A stretch of DNA of 64,000 bases, taken from Eledone cirrhosa. Lineage: Eukaryota. The stretch lies in contig OZ024742.1 in NCBI GenBank assembly GCA_964016885.1, forward strand, positions 172,174,001-172,238,000, given 5' to 3'. The notes under the pieces were generated by a model that was not told the DNA's origin, ran no database searches, and was given only the letters and a program-made list of their open reading frames with translations. Every line of letters begins with the position of its first letter. Position 1 is the first letter of the stretch. The translations under genes and the position numbers were made by a program. Positions 15,878 through 29,871 of this stretch are shown here, piece by piece.

Positions 15878-17854
15878 TGGTGTAGAAAAAGAGGGAGAGA
15901 GAGAGAGCTGGAGTGGTGTAGAGAAAGAGAGAGAGACGGTGAGGGCTGATGAGAGAGTGTGAGAGAGAAACGGTGTAGAGGGAGACACAGAGAAAGAGAA
16001 ATGGTGGAGAGAGAGGAAAAAGGCTAGAGAGAGGGAAATTGAAAGGGTAGAGAGTGAGGAAGTGAGAGGGAGTACAGAGAAAGAGAAATGAGGGAATAAG
16101 GGAAATTAAGGGATAAACTGGTTGAAATGTTGTAAATATATCTCCAAAACAATATAACCATATCGCACGTATTTCATGTCACTGATGACGGCTGTGTTTA
16201 CTAACTTTTTAAATTTAGTAACTTCAGAAAGACAAACACCTTACTCAGAGGGACGCATTACTGAAACTTCTACGTATTAGTTTTGTAGTAACTATGGCGA
16301 CAGTGTGTTGACTATGGCAACGCAGTGTCGCCACCTGTGGGTAACACAAAAAAATAGCGAATTACTTCCATTATCTCGGCGTTCTCTAAAAGAAGAGACG
16401 CCAATGTAAAACTCAACAGATTTGGTTTTTCATTCCAGTCGCCTTTGTCCTGCCACGTGGATGTTATTTGTAAAAACGCCTGTTTTTGACCAAGAGATTT
16501 TCATATCTCTTCTTGAATGTAAGAATTAAGCCATTGCCGTTTAGCTTGCAGGGTATGTCCTGTGAATGTAATTATTTTGTTGTGTTTTATTAAATGAATC
16601 ATTTAATAAAAGATTAGCCTTGTTATCGTTATATCCCTTCTGTTTTAATTAATAATCTTAGAGAGATGAGATGTCGTTCACACACCTGGACGATATATCA
16701 TTTTTCTTTAGTTTTATACATATTTTTATAATTGCATATTTTAATAATTTTGTACCATCAGTAAGTATATCACTAACTATTTCTGCTGCGTAGAAGTGTT
16801 GTGGACACACCCGAAGTGGTGGTGAGGGTCGTATGATATTATGACCTACAGCATGATTTGTGAGGCCAGTGTGGAAAGCGTTGTAGAAAGTGTAGGTTAA
16901 ATAATTTGCTTAATAGAGTCATGAATGAAGAGCCAAAAATTTGGTTAAGCATCTTACCAATCTAAGATGTACTTACTTTATTTGGGAGAATGATTAGCTA
17001 GTTTAGGGTGCTAAATTCTAGGGTACTTATTGTAAAGGCAGAATAGGGTAATAAATACCAGTTGCACATTATAGGGTTTGCCAAATATGCGAAATACTAA
17101 GGTGTCGGTTCTGAAGACTATCCGCCATGTCCAATATTTTCTCTACCATTCCTTCCATATTCTAGAGAAAATTTCGATCGTTTTTATTCACATTTCCCAT
17201 TAGTTCTGAGTGTGTATAACAATAAACAGCTATAAATTTCAATTATTTCTGGAGTTAAAGGATCTTTTATGAAGCCATAACTATGCAGCCCGATACATTT
17301 ATTATTTCCTGGCACCATGGTCACCAGGATAGAATCACATTTTTAATCATTTTATTTCAGGCTTTCCTTTGTTAGTTAGTATACAGTTAATGAAGGATGA
17401 TGATATAGGTTTACCATCATATATACCATCATGATCATTACCATCACATCTTGGAATCTTTACTTGTTTAAATCATTATACACGATCATGCTGGTGCATC
17501 GTTTTAAGGGATTTTAGGCGATCATAACAAACCCACTACTTAATTTTTTCAAACCTGCTACGTATTTTATCGACCTATTTTTATCAAATCGCAACGTTCC
17601 TAGTTAGTGAGCTATTTATTTTACTCATCGTTTGTTACTTTTGTTTTTATTTTTTCACTTTAGCTTACATCCAACAAAATATCCAGTTTTCCAGGCATTG
17701 ATACTGTGGCAGGCTTTTGACTCAGAAGGAAACCATAAAAAAATATACGGAATCATGGAAACTCAAACACATACACGCTCACACACACACACAAACAAAC
17801 ACACACACGCATACACACAGACACACACACACACACACACATACACACATACAC

Positions 17855-17909
<55 letters not shown>

Positions 17910-17911
<2 letters not shown>

Positions 17912-18065
17912 AAAGAAGAAATTAAAAGATGGTTAAAGAAGTTCCATATATTTTATTATGCGCATTTCGAAAACAACATCATCCTAGGCCAAAAATTGTG
18001 TTCTCATCAGATAAAATAAGGTAACATGATATGAGGCCTAAAATCATTGTCAACGGGAAAGTGCA
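17910..18065 (-). mobile_element. Family D fragment with type I HHR at 17949-18018
   Basis: Minus strand reads tattttat CTGATGA gaac...tttc GAAA tgcgca TA ataaaata; 8-bp stem I, palindrome ATGCGCAT; copies at 35597 and 52260. Confidence 0.82.
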
Positions 18066-18814
18066 AATCCTACATATGTATACAAGTGATTTTCAGAGTG
18101 TCTCGGTGTCTTGAGTTGTGTGTGCGTTTCCTTTTGCGTGTTTCTCCATCTGTATGTCTATATGTCTGTCTGTCTCTCTCTTTGTATATATATATATATA
18201 TAAATACACTTATAAATATACCTTACACATACATAGGAAAGAATTGGCGCTCAGTGAGAGAGAGAGAGAAAGGGAGAGACAGACAGACATATAGACATAC
18301 AGATGGAGAGAATCAGGGAGAGAGAGGGAGAAAAGAAACGCGCAAAGAGAAACTCACACACACAACTCGGACACCTACACACTCTGAAAATCGCTTGTAT
18401 ACATACATAATCAACGTACTCTGCGCACGCACAAATGCACACACATATATACACATTAAATATTATATGCCGCCCGACTCAAATACTGAAACACACACAC
18501 ACTGAAAAAATATACATGACCCCCCCCCCCCCCCCCCACACACACACTAAACCTAAAAAAAAAAACATGTGCAGGTACCATTTTCAACACAAGCTCCTGC
18601 TGAGGAACGTTGGCAATGTGGTTTCGAATTTCAGTTGAAAAGAATTCACTTCCTTTATGCAGTGAACTGCTCTTGAAAACCTCATAAACGTCAAATAAGC
18701 TCATTCTTAGCATCAATACATAGCTAGAGTTCTATAGATGTACAACACGTATGCTTATATAGCCAAACATATAGGCACACACACACTCACACACTCAACA
18801 CATATATATATATA

Positions 18815-19509
18815 TTGTTGAACGTATATACTTACCTTATGCATATTAACGGCTGAGTAGCCCAATTTGCATATCGAGTGGGTTAATCGGCCGGGTGCAC
18901 CGAAAACGATAAACGGAAAAAATGAAACGAAATTTCATTTCCCACTCTTAGTACGGCTGTTACTTAAATACAAGTATGTACACGTACATACATATATGTA
19001 TACAGACGTACAGTAGTATGTATATATATATACATACATGCACACATATATATATGTACGTATGGATTCACCGAACATTTATTATAATGCTCGGTGTGTT
19101 TGTAAACAAACATCCCGTATTAAGCCGTAGTGTCTAGCAACCATCGTTGCTCGTTTGTTTAACACTGACAAAGGAACGCTGTACTAGTTTCAAGCTTATT
19201 AGCTATCGTCAGCAACGTATACCTTCCTGCCAGATTGTTGAACGTATATACTTACCTTATGCATATTAACGTCTGAGTAGCCCAATTTGCATATCGAGTG
19301 GGTTAATGCACCGAAAACGATAAACGGAAAAAATGAAACGAAATTTCATTTCCCACTCTTAGTACGGCTGTTACTTAAATATAAGTATGTACACGTACAT
19401 ACATATATGTATACTGACGTACAGTAGTATGTATATATATACGTACATGAACACATATATATATGTACGTATGGATTCACGGAAGATTTATTATAATGCT
19501 CGGTGTGTT

Positions 19510-19513
<4 letters not shown>
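18815..19513 (-). mobile_element. Tandem 420-bp HHR repeat (family E, retrozyme-like) between TA tracts; HHR at 19176-19218
   Basis: TTGTTGAACGTATATAC at 18815 and 19235. Minus strand reads acgttg CTGACGA t-agct-aata-agct-t GAAA ctag TA cagcgt. A short inverted fragment of the family lies at ~10178-10235. Confidence 0.85.
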
Positions 19514-19549
<36 letters not shown>

Positions 19550-19572
19550 AGAAATAATTTAGCCGAAGTGCG

Positions 19573-19639
19573 GCATGTGTGAGCACGTATGCATGTGTGA
19601 GCACGTATGCATGTGTGAGCACGTATGCATGTGTGAGCA
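19573..19639. repeat. 18-bp minisatellite GCATGTGTGAGCACGTAT, ~3.7 copies
   Basis: Direct reading. Confidence 0.9.
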
Positions 19640-19771
19640 AAACCACATGATTTCGGTTGTAACACTCGGATTGCCCCTTGGTTTAAGTTACTTCTCTGAT
19701 AAGTCGTCTAATGCCTATGCAATGTTAGACATGAAGTACTCGGTAGCCTGTTTATATTTATATATATATAT

Positions 19772-20690
19772 ATATCACGATAAATTAACGGAGGCATAGG
19801 CCGTCGTTATTCCCTGTAAATAATGTGCTCAAAGGAGAAGAGATCCTGAGCTCTTTAAAATACAATATGTTGAGAAGATGACACACCAGAGATATATAGT
19901 GCGTTATCAATAATACAGGGAAAAAACCACCAGTATATGGAATCTATAACCTATGAAAGGCAGACTATAGACACGATAATTAAAAATATAAATTAAAGCG
20001 TAAATAAATACCTCTATAACTATATAACGCACGTACAAATCCAAAGATATGTTTCACCAAAAAATTTGTTGAAAGAAATTGACTGTCCAGCTACACGTGG
20101 GAGAGAGAACTCACTGCGTGTTTAGGGGCAGTGAACCAGTGGCCTCTGAGAGACGAACTGCTAGAAAGGGCAGCCCAAAGCCACTCAGAGAAGTGTGCTC
20201 AACCAAACAGAGAAGGAAAGACTGTTATTAGGAGCGAAATATCACGATAAATTAACGGAGGCATAGGCCGTCGTTATTCCCTGTAAATAATGTGCTCAAA
20301 GGAGAAGAGATCCTGCGCTCTTTAAAATACAATATGTTGGTTCACTGCCCCTAAACACGCTGTGACTTCTCTCTCCCACGTGTAGCTGGAAGTCAATTGT
20401 AAAATTCTCTTAGTGTTGTCTGAAATGTATGGCCTTACACACGCTGATGAACCGAGACTAGACCATTTCTTTCAACAAATTTTTTGGTGAAACATATCTT
20501 TGGATGTGTACGTGTGTTATATAGTTATAGAGGTATTTATTTACGCTTTAATTCATATTTTTAATTATCTTGTCTATAGTCTGCCTTTCATAGGTTATAG
20601 ATTCCATACACTGATGGTTTTTTCCCTGTATTATTGATAACGCACTATATATCTCTCTCTGGTGTGTTATCTTCTCAACATATTGTATAT
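19772..20690. mobile_element. Second family B element: partial tandem (internally deleted) plus inverted arm 20339-20685
   Basis: High similarity to 2272-3290; lacks the SINE. Confidence 0.85.
20437..20517 (+). ncRNA. Type I hammerhead ribozyme (family B), fully paired
   Basis: acacacg CTGATGA accgaga...ttttggt GAAA catatc-tttg-gatgtg TA cgtgtgt. Confidence 0.85.
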
Positions 20691-20694
20691 ATAT

Positions 20695-20940
20695 ATAGTG
20701 AAAGAGTAAAGAATAACATGGTCGGCTGTACAAAAAGGGTTTTATTTACAGTATTAACAATTGTTTCATTGTTCAGGTTAGTCTAAAGGCCGCTGATCAC
20801 ACGAGATTGTGTCACTCGACCTTAAATACATTGTGTCTCTGTTCAAATTATGAGAATACTGGTCAATGAAACAATTGTTAATACTGTAATTAAAATCTTT
20901 TTTGTTCAGTCGACAATGTTATTCTTCACTCTTTCACTAT
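20695..20940. repeat. Short fold-back (~75-bp imperfect arms) containing an HHR 3' half (GAAA caattg TT)
   Basis: ATAGTGAAAGAG ... CTCTTTCACTAT termini. Confidence 0.7.
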
Positions 20941-21094
20941 TATTACTCCAAGAATAACCTACTAGGGAATTCTCGTAAACTCGCTACCTAAGTAAGGAAA
21001 ACTCTTGTTGAGTCAAACGACGTTAAAACTATCCATATTACAGAGTACTCACAACCTCTAACTAGATTACCTAAAACGATAACTTGTTATCCCA

Positions 21095-21934
<840 letters not shown>

Positions 21935-21951
21935 TATATACATATACACAC

Positions 21952-22001
<50 letters not shown>

Positions 22002-22003
<2 letters not shown>

Positions 22004-22240
22004 TGTATTTTGGGAGGGTCCTGTTCCCAATAAAAACACATGCACCTGCTGGTTTCACTTCAATTTATTATACATTTCCGGTTAGTTGGTTGGTTCGCTA
22101 ACCAGATGGTTAATTATATATTGTCAAAGATCTTTCGTTACATATTCTGTAACCTCCTCAGTGACTATGTTTTTATTTTGTGTCCCTACTTTATTCTGTC
22201 CTAGACCATCTTGTTTTTGTATGTTGTGTGGACTGTCTGT
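22002..22240 (-). mobile_element. Solo PLE 3' end / pseudo-LTR (family F) with HHR at 22123-22165
   Basis: Homologous to 40354-40620; minus strand reads gtca CTGAGGA g-gttaca-gaata-tgtaac GAAA gatc TT tgac. Confidence 0.82.
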
Positions 22241-23229
22241 ATATAAGAAAATGAACGAAGATATGAATTGTATTGACGAGTAATAATTAACTAAAATCTA
22301 ATCTTTTGAATCATCAGTAATATTGAATTCACTTGAAAAATGTTGCATACATATTTAATTATGGTTTAAGTGATTGTGTGAGGAGATGTTAATGAGATGT
22401 GGAATTGAGAGTGTGTGGTATTGTAGAAAGAGGATTGGTAGTAGAGGGATGACGAATGTAAGAAGGAATTGATACGAGGGTAAGAAATATTAAGTTGGTA
22501 ACAGGAAACGGTATAGAAAAAATAGATATTTGATTGAAGCGTGGGCGCGTTAGAACATTCAATTATGTTCAAGCATATGGGATGGCCAAATATTTTGAAA
22601 TTAGGAAATAAGCGAATGTGGTAATCAGTTGAAACATTTAAAAAAAAACATCTAAAATAGTAGGTCGACATAATACTGACTGGATAGAGTTCACATTGTA
22701 AAACCTTTATTGTGTTAACGTATAAATTAAATGGGTCGCGAACACGTTGCTTTCTCCAAGACTTTATTTCTGAAGCTATGACAAAAGAAGTTCTCATGAG
22801 TGTTCATGAGTAAGACATATGCAAAGTGACGAAAGTGCTTTGACGTCTAGCAAAGAAGGGTTCCTCAACAAAGGGAGATAAGGGGCGTGTCTATACGAGT
22901 CGTATTCCTCTACCCAAGCCTTTCGAAGGAAGTGACAAAGACTGAAAAAAGTGATAAAGTTTGTGTGATGATACATGCAGTAATGTGAGTGAGTTACTCA
23001 ACCAAAACACATGCAGGGTTGTTGATGATCAGAGTGTCAGTCATGGATTGGGTTTTGTGCCAGTGTTGGGTAGTTGAGTAAAGCCTGGGACAGAGTGAGA
23101 GTCAGGTGGTAGATAACATGCAGTGGGCGAAGGTATCCCAGAAGACGGCTGCCTGAGCGTTTTCCGCTTTCTTTCGCCTCGATGTACCTCTAGGTCTCCT
23201 CAAGAGTCATATCCTGGCGTGATTTACCG

Positions 23230-23450
23230 AGAATGTCTAGGCAGAACTTATCATTCTCCAATTCTCAAATGAGGGCGTTACGGACCATGATATCACTGTA
23301 GTCGACTGCAGTGCGGCATGAGGCCGATGAGCATTTCACTTTCAAATTTCAGACACAAGCATTAAATTTCTTGTGATGAACAATCTCTGGTTCACCCTGT
23401 ACGTTGACATGAACCCAGGCCAAAATTTGGTTTTCATTATGTTATCTAAG
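23230..23450 (-). pseudogene. Possible degenerate Gypsy-type gag fragment
   Basis: Minus-strand translation VKCSSASCRTAVDYSDIMVRNALI*ELENDKFCLDIL resembles invertebrate Gypsy gag; contains stops. Confidence 0.35.
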
Positions 23451-24081
23451 TCTAAAATGAGCATTTGAACTTAATTTAATGCTTGAAGACCTAGCTGAAT
23501 AATGAGAATGGGATCATGCACCCTGTTCATTTTTGTTTCTTCCAATTCAAGGATGGATTACAAACATAAAAACCATTAAATTCTTTGAAACAATCCATGA
23601 GCAAACTCGGAAATTAGAAATGCCAGTATAAAAATGTATTGTTTGAGAAACTGTCATTTATTATTACTAGTGTGATGGATCTAAGGATTCCAGAATTTAT
23701 AAAGAAATAAATTATCGAAATTGCGAAGTAGTTAGCATCTTTATAAAACAAATTCATCCAATAATGTCCTGAATTCACTGATGGAGAGTCAGGTTTGCGC
23801 GAAATCAATTTAACTTGTCAGAAGAACATTTATTGAGGGTTATTAAGATCAATTTCTAGAGTTTAAAAAAACTATACCGGGGAGCAAGGGATATGTTTGG
23901 TGAGAAATCAATCAGGAGATTTGGGTTTTGATGTGCGATCCGTAACGAAAAGTGTTAAAATGCACACATTTGCTGCCATTTCTGTCATTAAATCTGCTAC
24001 AAATAAAAAGTCAATGAAGTAGATTATAATTTAACTGTTAGGTGCATTGTTCCCTAGATTCGACAATTGATGGAGAAATGC

Positions 24082-24172
<91 letters not shown>

Positions 24173-24212
24173 TCTCTCTCGCTCACACACACACACAGTA
24201 CTAATAATAATT

Positions 24213-24350
24213 ATTTCTACTTTTGGCACAAGGCCAGCAATTACCCAGTACATTACTGGTACTTTCTTTTATCGACCCCGTATGGATGAAAGGCAAAGTT
24301 AACCTCGGCGGGATTTGAACTCATATGACCCTCTACCAATACTGCCAATA
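24213..24350 (-). mobile_element. tRNA-derived SINE, internally deleted (same family as 2770-2953)
   Basis: Shared TTTCTACTTT.GGCACAAGGCCAGCAA and GGATTTGAACTCA. Confidence 0.85.
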
Positions 24351-25052
24351 ATCCGAGGATACTCCCTATTGACTGCAATCATTTTCTTCAGAACAAAATG
24401 AATTACAAAAAACTGATAATCTCTCGAAATGTTTATATATCAAAATACTTTTTGTTACCTTACTCGTTGAATTGACGTAGTATAGAATTTTAATGCACCA
24501 TTATTTGTCACAGATGGTTGAGCTGTGATCGTTACACTAGCCATTCATTCTTTCTGCACCGGCAAATACGTACTAGTCAAATTAGCTGCCGTATCTCCTA
24601 TATAAACGCCTATAACTCTGTCAATACATTGTCTATAGATGGAGGCATAGCTCTATATTTAAAGAGTTCAATACTTCAGCGTGGCAACTTGGCTAAATCT
24701 CTTATACTAGAGCTTCGTGCTGACCACTGCTTTATGAGTGAAATCTGGTACCTAGAATTTATGAGGAAGCCTCTCTTATATATACGTATATATATCAAAG
24801 TAGAAAAATTGAAAAAAAAGGTGTTTCCGTTATTCTTTTTATTGATGTCTTGTAACTTAGCTGTTCAACAAAAAATGTTCTATAAAATAAGATCCAGCCT
24901 TGAAAAACCAAAATATCTAAACAAAACCATCGATTAATGGGTCTGATATGATAGTGTAAATCTAATATTAATGCACTGCCACAGTATGACCGTAGACTAT
25001 TGTGTGAATCAAGTAAAGTAATAAAAGAAAAAAAAAAAGAATAAATCATAAT

Positions 25053-25256
25053 GATTTCTTTATTAAATTGTTTCTACTTTAGGCACAAGGCCAGCAATTA
25101 TCCAAGTGCATTACTGGTACTTTATTTTATCGACACCGTAAGGATGAAAGGCAAAGTTAACCTCGGCGGGATTTGAACTCAGATCATAAAGGGACGTAAC
25201 TATGCTGGAAAGCATGGCGTCCGACCCTCTACCGATAATGCCAATCCGCCGCCCAT
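25053..25256 (-). mobile_element. tRNA-derived SINE with ~15-bp TSD
   Basis: Same family; AGAATAAATCATAAT at 25038-25052 and 25257-25271. Confidence 0.88.
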
Positions 25257-25522
25257 AGAATAAATCATAATCCGAGCAGACAGGTGTAATAGCAGACATG
25301 GTGGAGTAGTTGATGAGATAAGTTAGAGTATTTTTGTTTTCATTTAATCTCTAAATATTAACGTTTAAATCCTCAACTCATTCATTCTTCTTTTCATCCC
25401 TACCCTCTATCAACAATGATAACTATCAGACAGAAACAAGACAACTTCTACTCCCATCTGTTGCTTTAGATTACCTCCCGCCCTCATAAGAATCACTCAT
25501 ATGACTTTAAAGAGTTCTCCTT

Positions 25523-25613
<91 letters not shown>

Positions 25614-25624
25614 TATATATATAT

Positions 25625-25830
25625 ATGAGCGAGACAGTGCTGGTGCAATCATTTTCGGCACCACACCTGAATAGCAGATTCCATACAAATCTACAGCACC
25701 AGAGTCATAGAATTTTTTCAGGAGACCCCGACCGTATCTAGCCGGTAATATCTGGCTTCCTCCACTAATTCCTGCTCCTAAACCGTAAGGTTTGTAACGT
25801 TCCATTTACCAATTGGTAAAATCCACTCTA
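25625..25830 (-). pseudogene. RTE-clade LINE APE endonuclease N-terminal fragment
   Basis: IGKWNVTNLTV*EQELVEEARYYRLDTVGVS followed by frameshifted DSGAVDL..CYSGV. Confidence 0.65.
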
Positions 25831-26942
25831 TTCAGGACATTCTTTGATTTTTCGAGATACGCAAAATGTGTGCGTCTATCCCATACCTTCCATAACATGT
25901 CACAGGCCCCTCACTAATTATTCTGTTGTTAGACAGAGACTGCAATAAACTTTTCGAAAAGTCTCCTTTATATAAAGCCTGAATGTTACTCCGTGCAAAG
26001 AATGATGTGTCATGATTACTTTTATTGTATCTGAACACATTGCACTCTTTGGCGGCCTTATTCGCGCAAGTCACCACTCTTGTAACTTTCTCAAGCCTGT
26101 GAAGCCTAGGCCTTTTTAGAGGGGGCGTTTATTCGCCTCATTGTAACGATATATGTGATAGTTTTCTAGTGTGTGTGTGTTTTGTAGCCCTCGTATAGCG
26201 AGTAGTAGGAAACCTTCAATCAACTGTGACTATCCTCAGAAAAAGCGATGGAGAGTATGTGGATGGCTGGGGTGAGAAAAGGGTGGGAAAAGTGATAAGA
26301 TGAATAGTCAGAAACGGGAGGAGAATAGTAAGAAAAATAAGAGCTGAGGGTGAAAATCTCGCCTCATGATCCAGACAAGAAAATAAACAAACGCGACAGG
26401 TTTCGTTAAAAATTGAGCAACAGAATGATTTTATATTTTGCCAGTAGACTGTGACTATTCGTCACCATTCTTTCACTTATATATCATCTTCTATACTTAA
26501 ACATCGCTTCTAATTTCTAGTCCACCCAAACATCTGTTACACAAACATCCACAACCTAATCACACAGCGCTTCACACTTCACACAACTACCACAATGCAC
26601 TTCCTTCCCTGAAATTTGTCTAATACATATTTTAACACACCCTTCTGAATTTCGTCGGCTTTTTGAACCCTGTCTTTTTAAATAGAGGTATGTATACACT
26701 CCCAATTCAACGCATTCCCATTGATACGCTTGAATATACCTCAAAGAAACACTCCCACATAAATATACCTACCGTCAACCATCTACACTCACATAGATAT
26801 CTAAGTGTATAAAACCGCGCATAAACACATATGCAGATATATAGTACACCACTAACGAGGGTGTTTAGGTACATAAAACGTTCGTTTGTTCCGATATATA
26901 CCGAATATGTTAGAGAAAACAATTCTTTGGAAAGATTATGTA

Positions 26943-27373
26943 AACTAGTAGAAACACCACCCTACGGGTGATTTTCTGCTAGCATGTGTAGTGTGTATAT
27001 TGATATTATACACAAATATATATACATATAGATATGATACATCAAATAAAATCGTAATTGACAATATACACAGAAAATGAAGACAGCCTATGTTACATTG
27101 TCTTCTGTAATCAGTAATCCATGATATATAAAAAAAAAGACGACATTATATATAAACTGCGTTAGGAAAAAATTAGCGACGGAAATATATGCGATTATAA
27201 GTGTTATAATTTAACGGCCGCTAACCGGAAGTGTTGACATTTGATAATTTTAAAGAAGTGAATTTTAAAGATTAAGCTATAAAATATATTTCATCAACAG
27301 CCACGAAATTTAGCACATAAATTATGTAATATTCATTCGCAATCCCGCAGACCTTCCTTTATATAGTTAAGAT
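26943..27373 (+). mobile_element. Possible Helentron-associated (HINE/DINE-like) non-autonomous element
   Basis: Begins ACTAG plus a short hairpin (CACC..CGGGTG) and ends TTTATATAGTTAAGAT, resembling 57016-57895. Confidence 0.4.
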
Positions 27374-27431
27374 AAAGTTATATTTACATACAATGGCAAC
27401 AAGCGTTTGAGTTGTCGAACATTGAAGAGCT

Positions 27432-29178
27432 TTTAGGAGTAAGATGTTGTCACCAATTTAGCGGAGAAGTATTTAGAGAGTTGTAATGTTGCCACGAGGA
27501 ACCACCAGTTTGGTAGAAAGATATGATAGGAATATCGACAACGACTTTAGCTTGTTTTTACATTATTTATTAACCAAGGTTAAGAAGTGAAATCGGCTGG
27601 CATGCCAAGAGAAATGAAATAATTCAATTAAGATTACAAGAGAAAATACGGTCGACTGGCTGAAGCGTTTAGCCAGGCCGTAGTAATGTTTTGTCGTTAC
27701 ATATTGTTTGTGCTTACAGAGCAAAAGAACAAGTTGTTTTTACCTTAGCACGGTCTAGCTGGAAGTCATGGCGTCCTCAAATCTTTGCGGGCTATTTCTC
27801 TCTCAGAACGCGTAGGGATACATCCTCTTCTACTGGCGCTGATTGGCTGAGCTGATCCAAATCACGCACAGAGAATGTATGTGAGCCCGCGGAATGTAGG
27901 TCACTACATCACCTCCGAGCAGATTTTTAGCCGAAAATTGTTAACGATGAAGCCGAGGACCCACAGATTATTGAATCAGCAAGAACAAATGCTGAAAGAG
28001 CACATCAGTGAAAAACTAATTGAGCAGAAAGATGCATGCAAGAAAAAAAATGAGGCGCAACGGGCCGTGTTGAGTCGCTGTCAAATGACTAGCTGTTTTG
28101 TAGTTTATACGTGACCACCAAAGGTCTACCTGAAAACAGATAAAGTCTGACATGGGCGAAGTTGCTGTTCTTGCATTAAATGTTAATGGTAAGTGTTGTA
28201 CCAGTAGCTGTGGACGAAGCTATTATGGTAGTTTACCAGTGCTGGCAAGAAGATGATGGGTAGGCGAGAAAATGTTGGCCTCCCAGATGTATTGCCGAAT
28301 GTGCTAGGGAGCCAGAAAAAATGGCTGGTTGCTTTGAACAGAAAAAAAAAAGCAAGTTGAATCTGTAGGTGGGTTGCAGTTCTATAATTCGGGCGAATCC
28401 ACAGAAGTGTTGAAAATGCTGACAAGTCCAGTTCTCTTTGTTGTTTTCCCGGTGAGCTGGGTAAGATAACAAGATAGGTTGTTATGGACGATGAGTGTGC
28501 AACGAGATGCGAAACTGTTTGAGTTCAGCTGAAATTAGCATACTCGTGTTGCGGTGCATGTGAATTAAGCTGCAAGTGTCGATAGCATGTTTTGTTACCT
28601 TCTGAAGGTGAAAAGGGATCTCGCAGAATATTACCACGCTTGAAGATCATATACTATAGACGACAACATGTTGATGTGTGTATATATGCAGGGGTCACCA
28701 ATTTAGTAGTAAGATGCTGTCACCAATTTAGCGGAGAAGTATTTAGAGAGTTGTATTGTTGCCACGAGGAACCACCAGTTTGGTAGAAAGATATGATAGG
28801 AATATCGACAACGACTTTAGCTTGTTTTTACATTATTTATTAACCAAGGTTAAGAAGTGAATTAGGCTGGCATGCCAAGAGAAATGAAATAATTCAATTA
28901 AGATTACAAGAGAAAATACGGTCGACTGGCTGAAGCGTTTAGACAGGCCGTAGTAATGTTTTGTCGTTACATATTGTTTGTGCTTACGGAGCAAAAGAAC
29001 ATGTCGTGTTTACCTTAGCACTTTCTAGCTGGAAGTCATGGCGTCCTCAAATCTTTGCGGGCTATTTCTCCCTCAGAACGCGTAGGGATACATCCTCTTC
29101 TACTGGCACTGATTGGCTGAGCTGAGCCAAATCACGCACAGAGAATGTATGTGAGCCCGCGGAATGTAGGTCACTGCA
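27432..29178 (-). mobile_element. Small non-autonomous LTR retrotransposon: 477-bp LTRs (27432-27908, 28702-29178), tRNA-Trp PBS, AGCT TSD
   Basis: Direct repeats. On the minus strand TGGTGACCCC (28691-28700) immediately follows the 5' LTR. AATAAA in the LTR. AGCT at 27428-27431 and 29179-29182. Confidence 0.85.
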
Positions 29179-29716
29179 AGCTTATACGGGATATTAACGT
29201 GTTAGTGGCAGAACATTCCATAGACATATGCAGCCAGTGGTAGACTGGGTCTAAAAATATTGGTTACCAACAGATAAAGGGTGCCCACACACATATATAA
29301 TTTTATCAATTAATTGTTATAATGAATAAATAACATTTTCAAAAAATACATATGTGAAAACAAAACAGTGCAATCACATTTTTGCGGAAAAAATGTGTAT
29401 ACATGCTGTACATATTAATGGCAGTATACAATAATACTAAATGTTAATACAGAATGTTATAATTTAATCTCTAAATAATTGTGAATGCATAGTATACTGT
29501 TATTTAGAGTAGAGTATGCAAGTGACTGTTCTTATCTTCTCTAATAAGAAATATAAAGCACCTTGTGAAATATACACATCAAAATACTTACAATAATGAC
29601 CTTCGGATTTCACACTCAGTCAATATATATATATATATAACGAAGGAAATGTGGTAAGGAACCAGGTGTACCATAACGCACCAAAGTACTCAATACTTGA
29701 AGTAGTAGAGTGGGTA

Positions 29717-29832
29717 ATAGGAACCAGTAAGACCCCGACAGCTGAGCTCAAGCCGTTTCGACGGCTAATTCTGGACTGTCCAGAATTAGCCGTCGAAACG
29801 GCTTGAGCTCAGCTGTCGGGGTCTTACTGGTT

Positions 29833-29837
<5 letters not shown>
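29717..29837. repeat. Perfect palindrome, 60-bp arms with 1-nt spacer
   Basis: ATAGGAACC...CTGGAC t GTCCAG...GGTTCCTAT. Confidence 0.92.

Positions 29838-29868
<31 letters not shown>

Positions 29869-29871
<3 letters not shown>

Noticed and set aside
16177-16235. gtca CTGATGA ... GAAA gaca
   Set aside because: Stem III and the cleavage triplet are missing; at best a decayed remnant.
19690-19746. CTGATAA ... GAAGTACTC hammerhead-like remnant
   Set aside because: Two core defects and a weak stem I.
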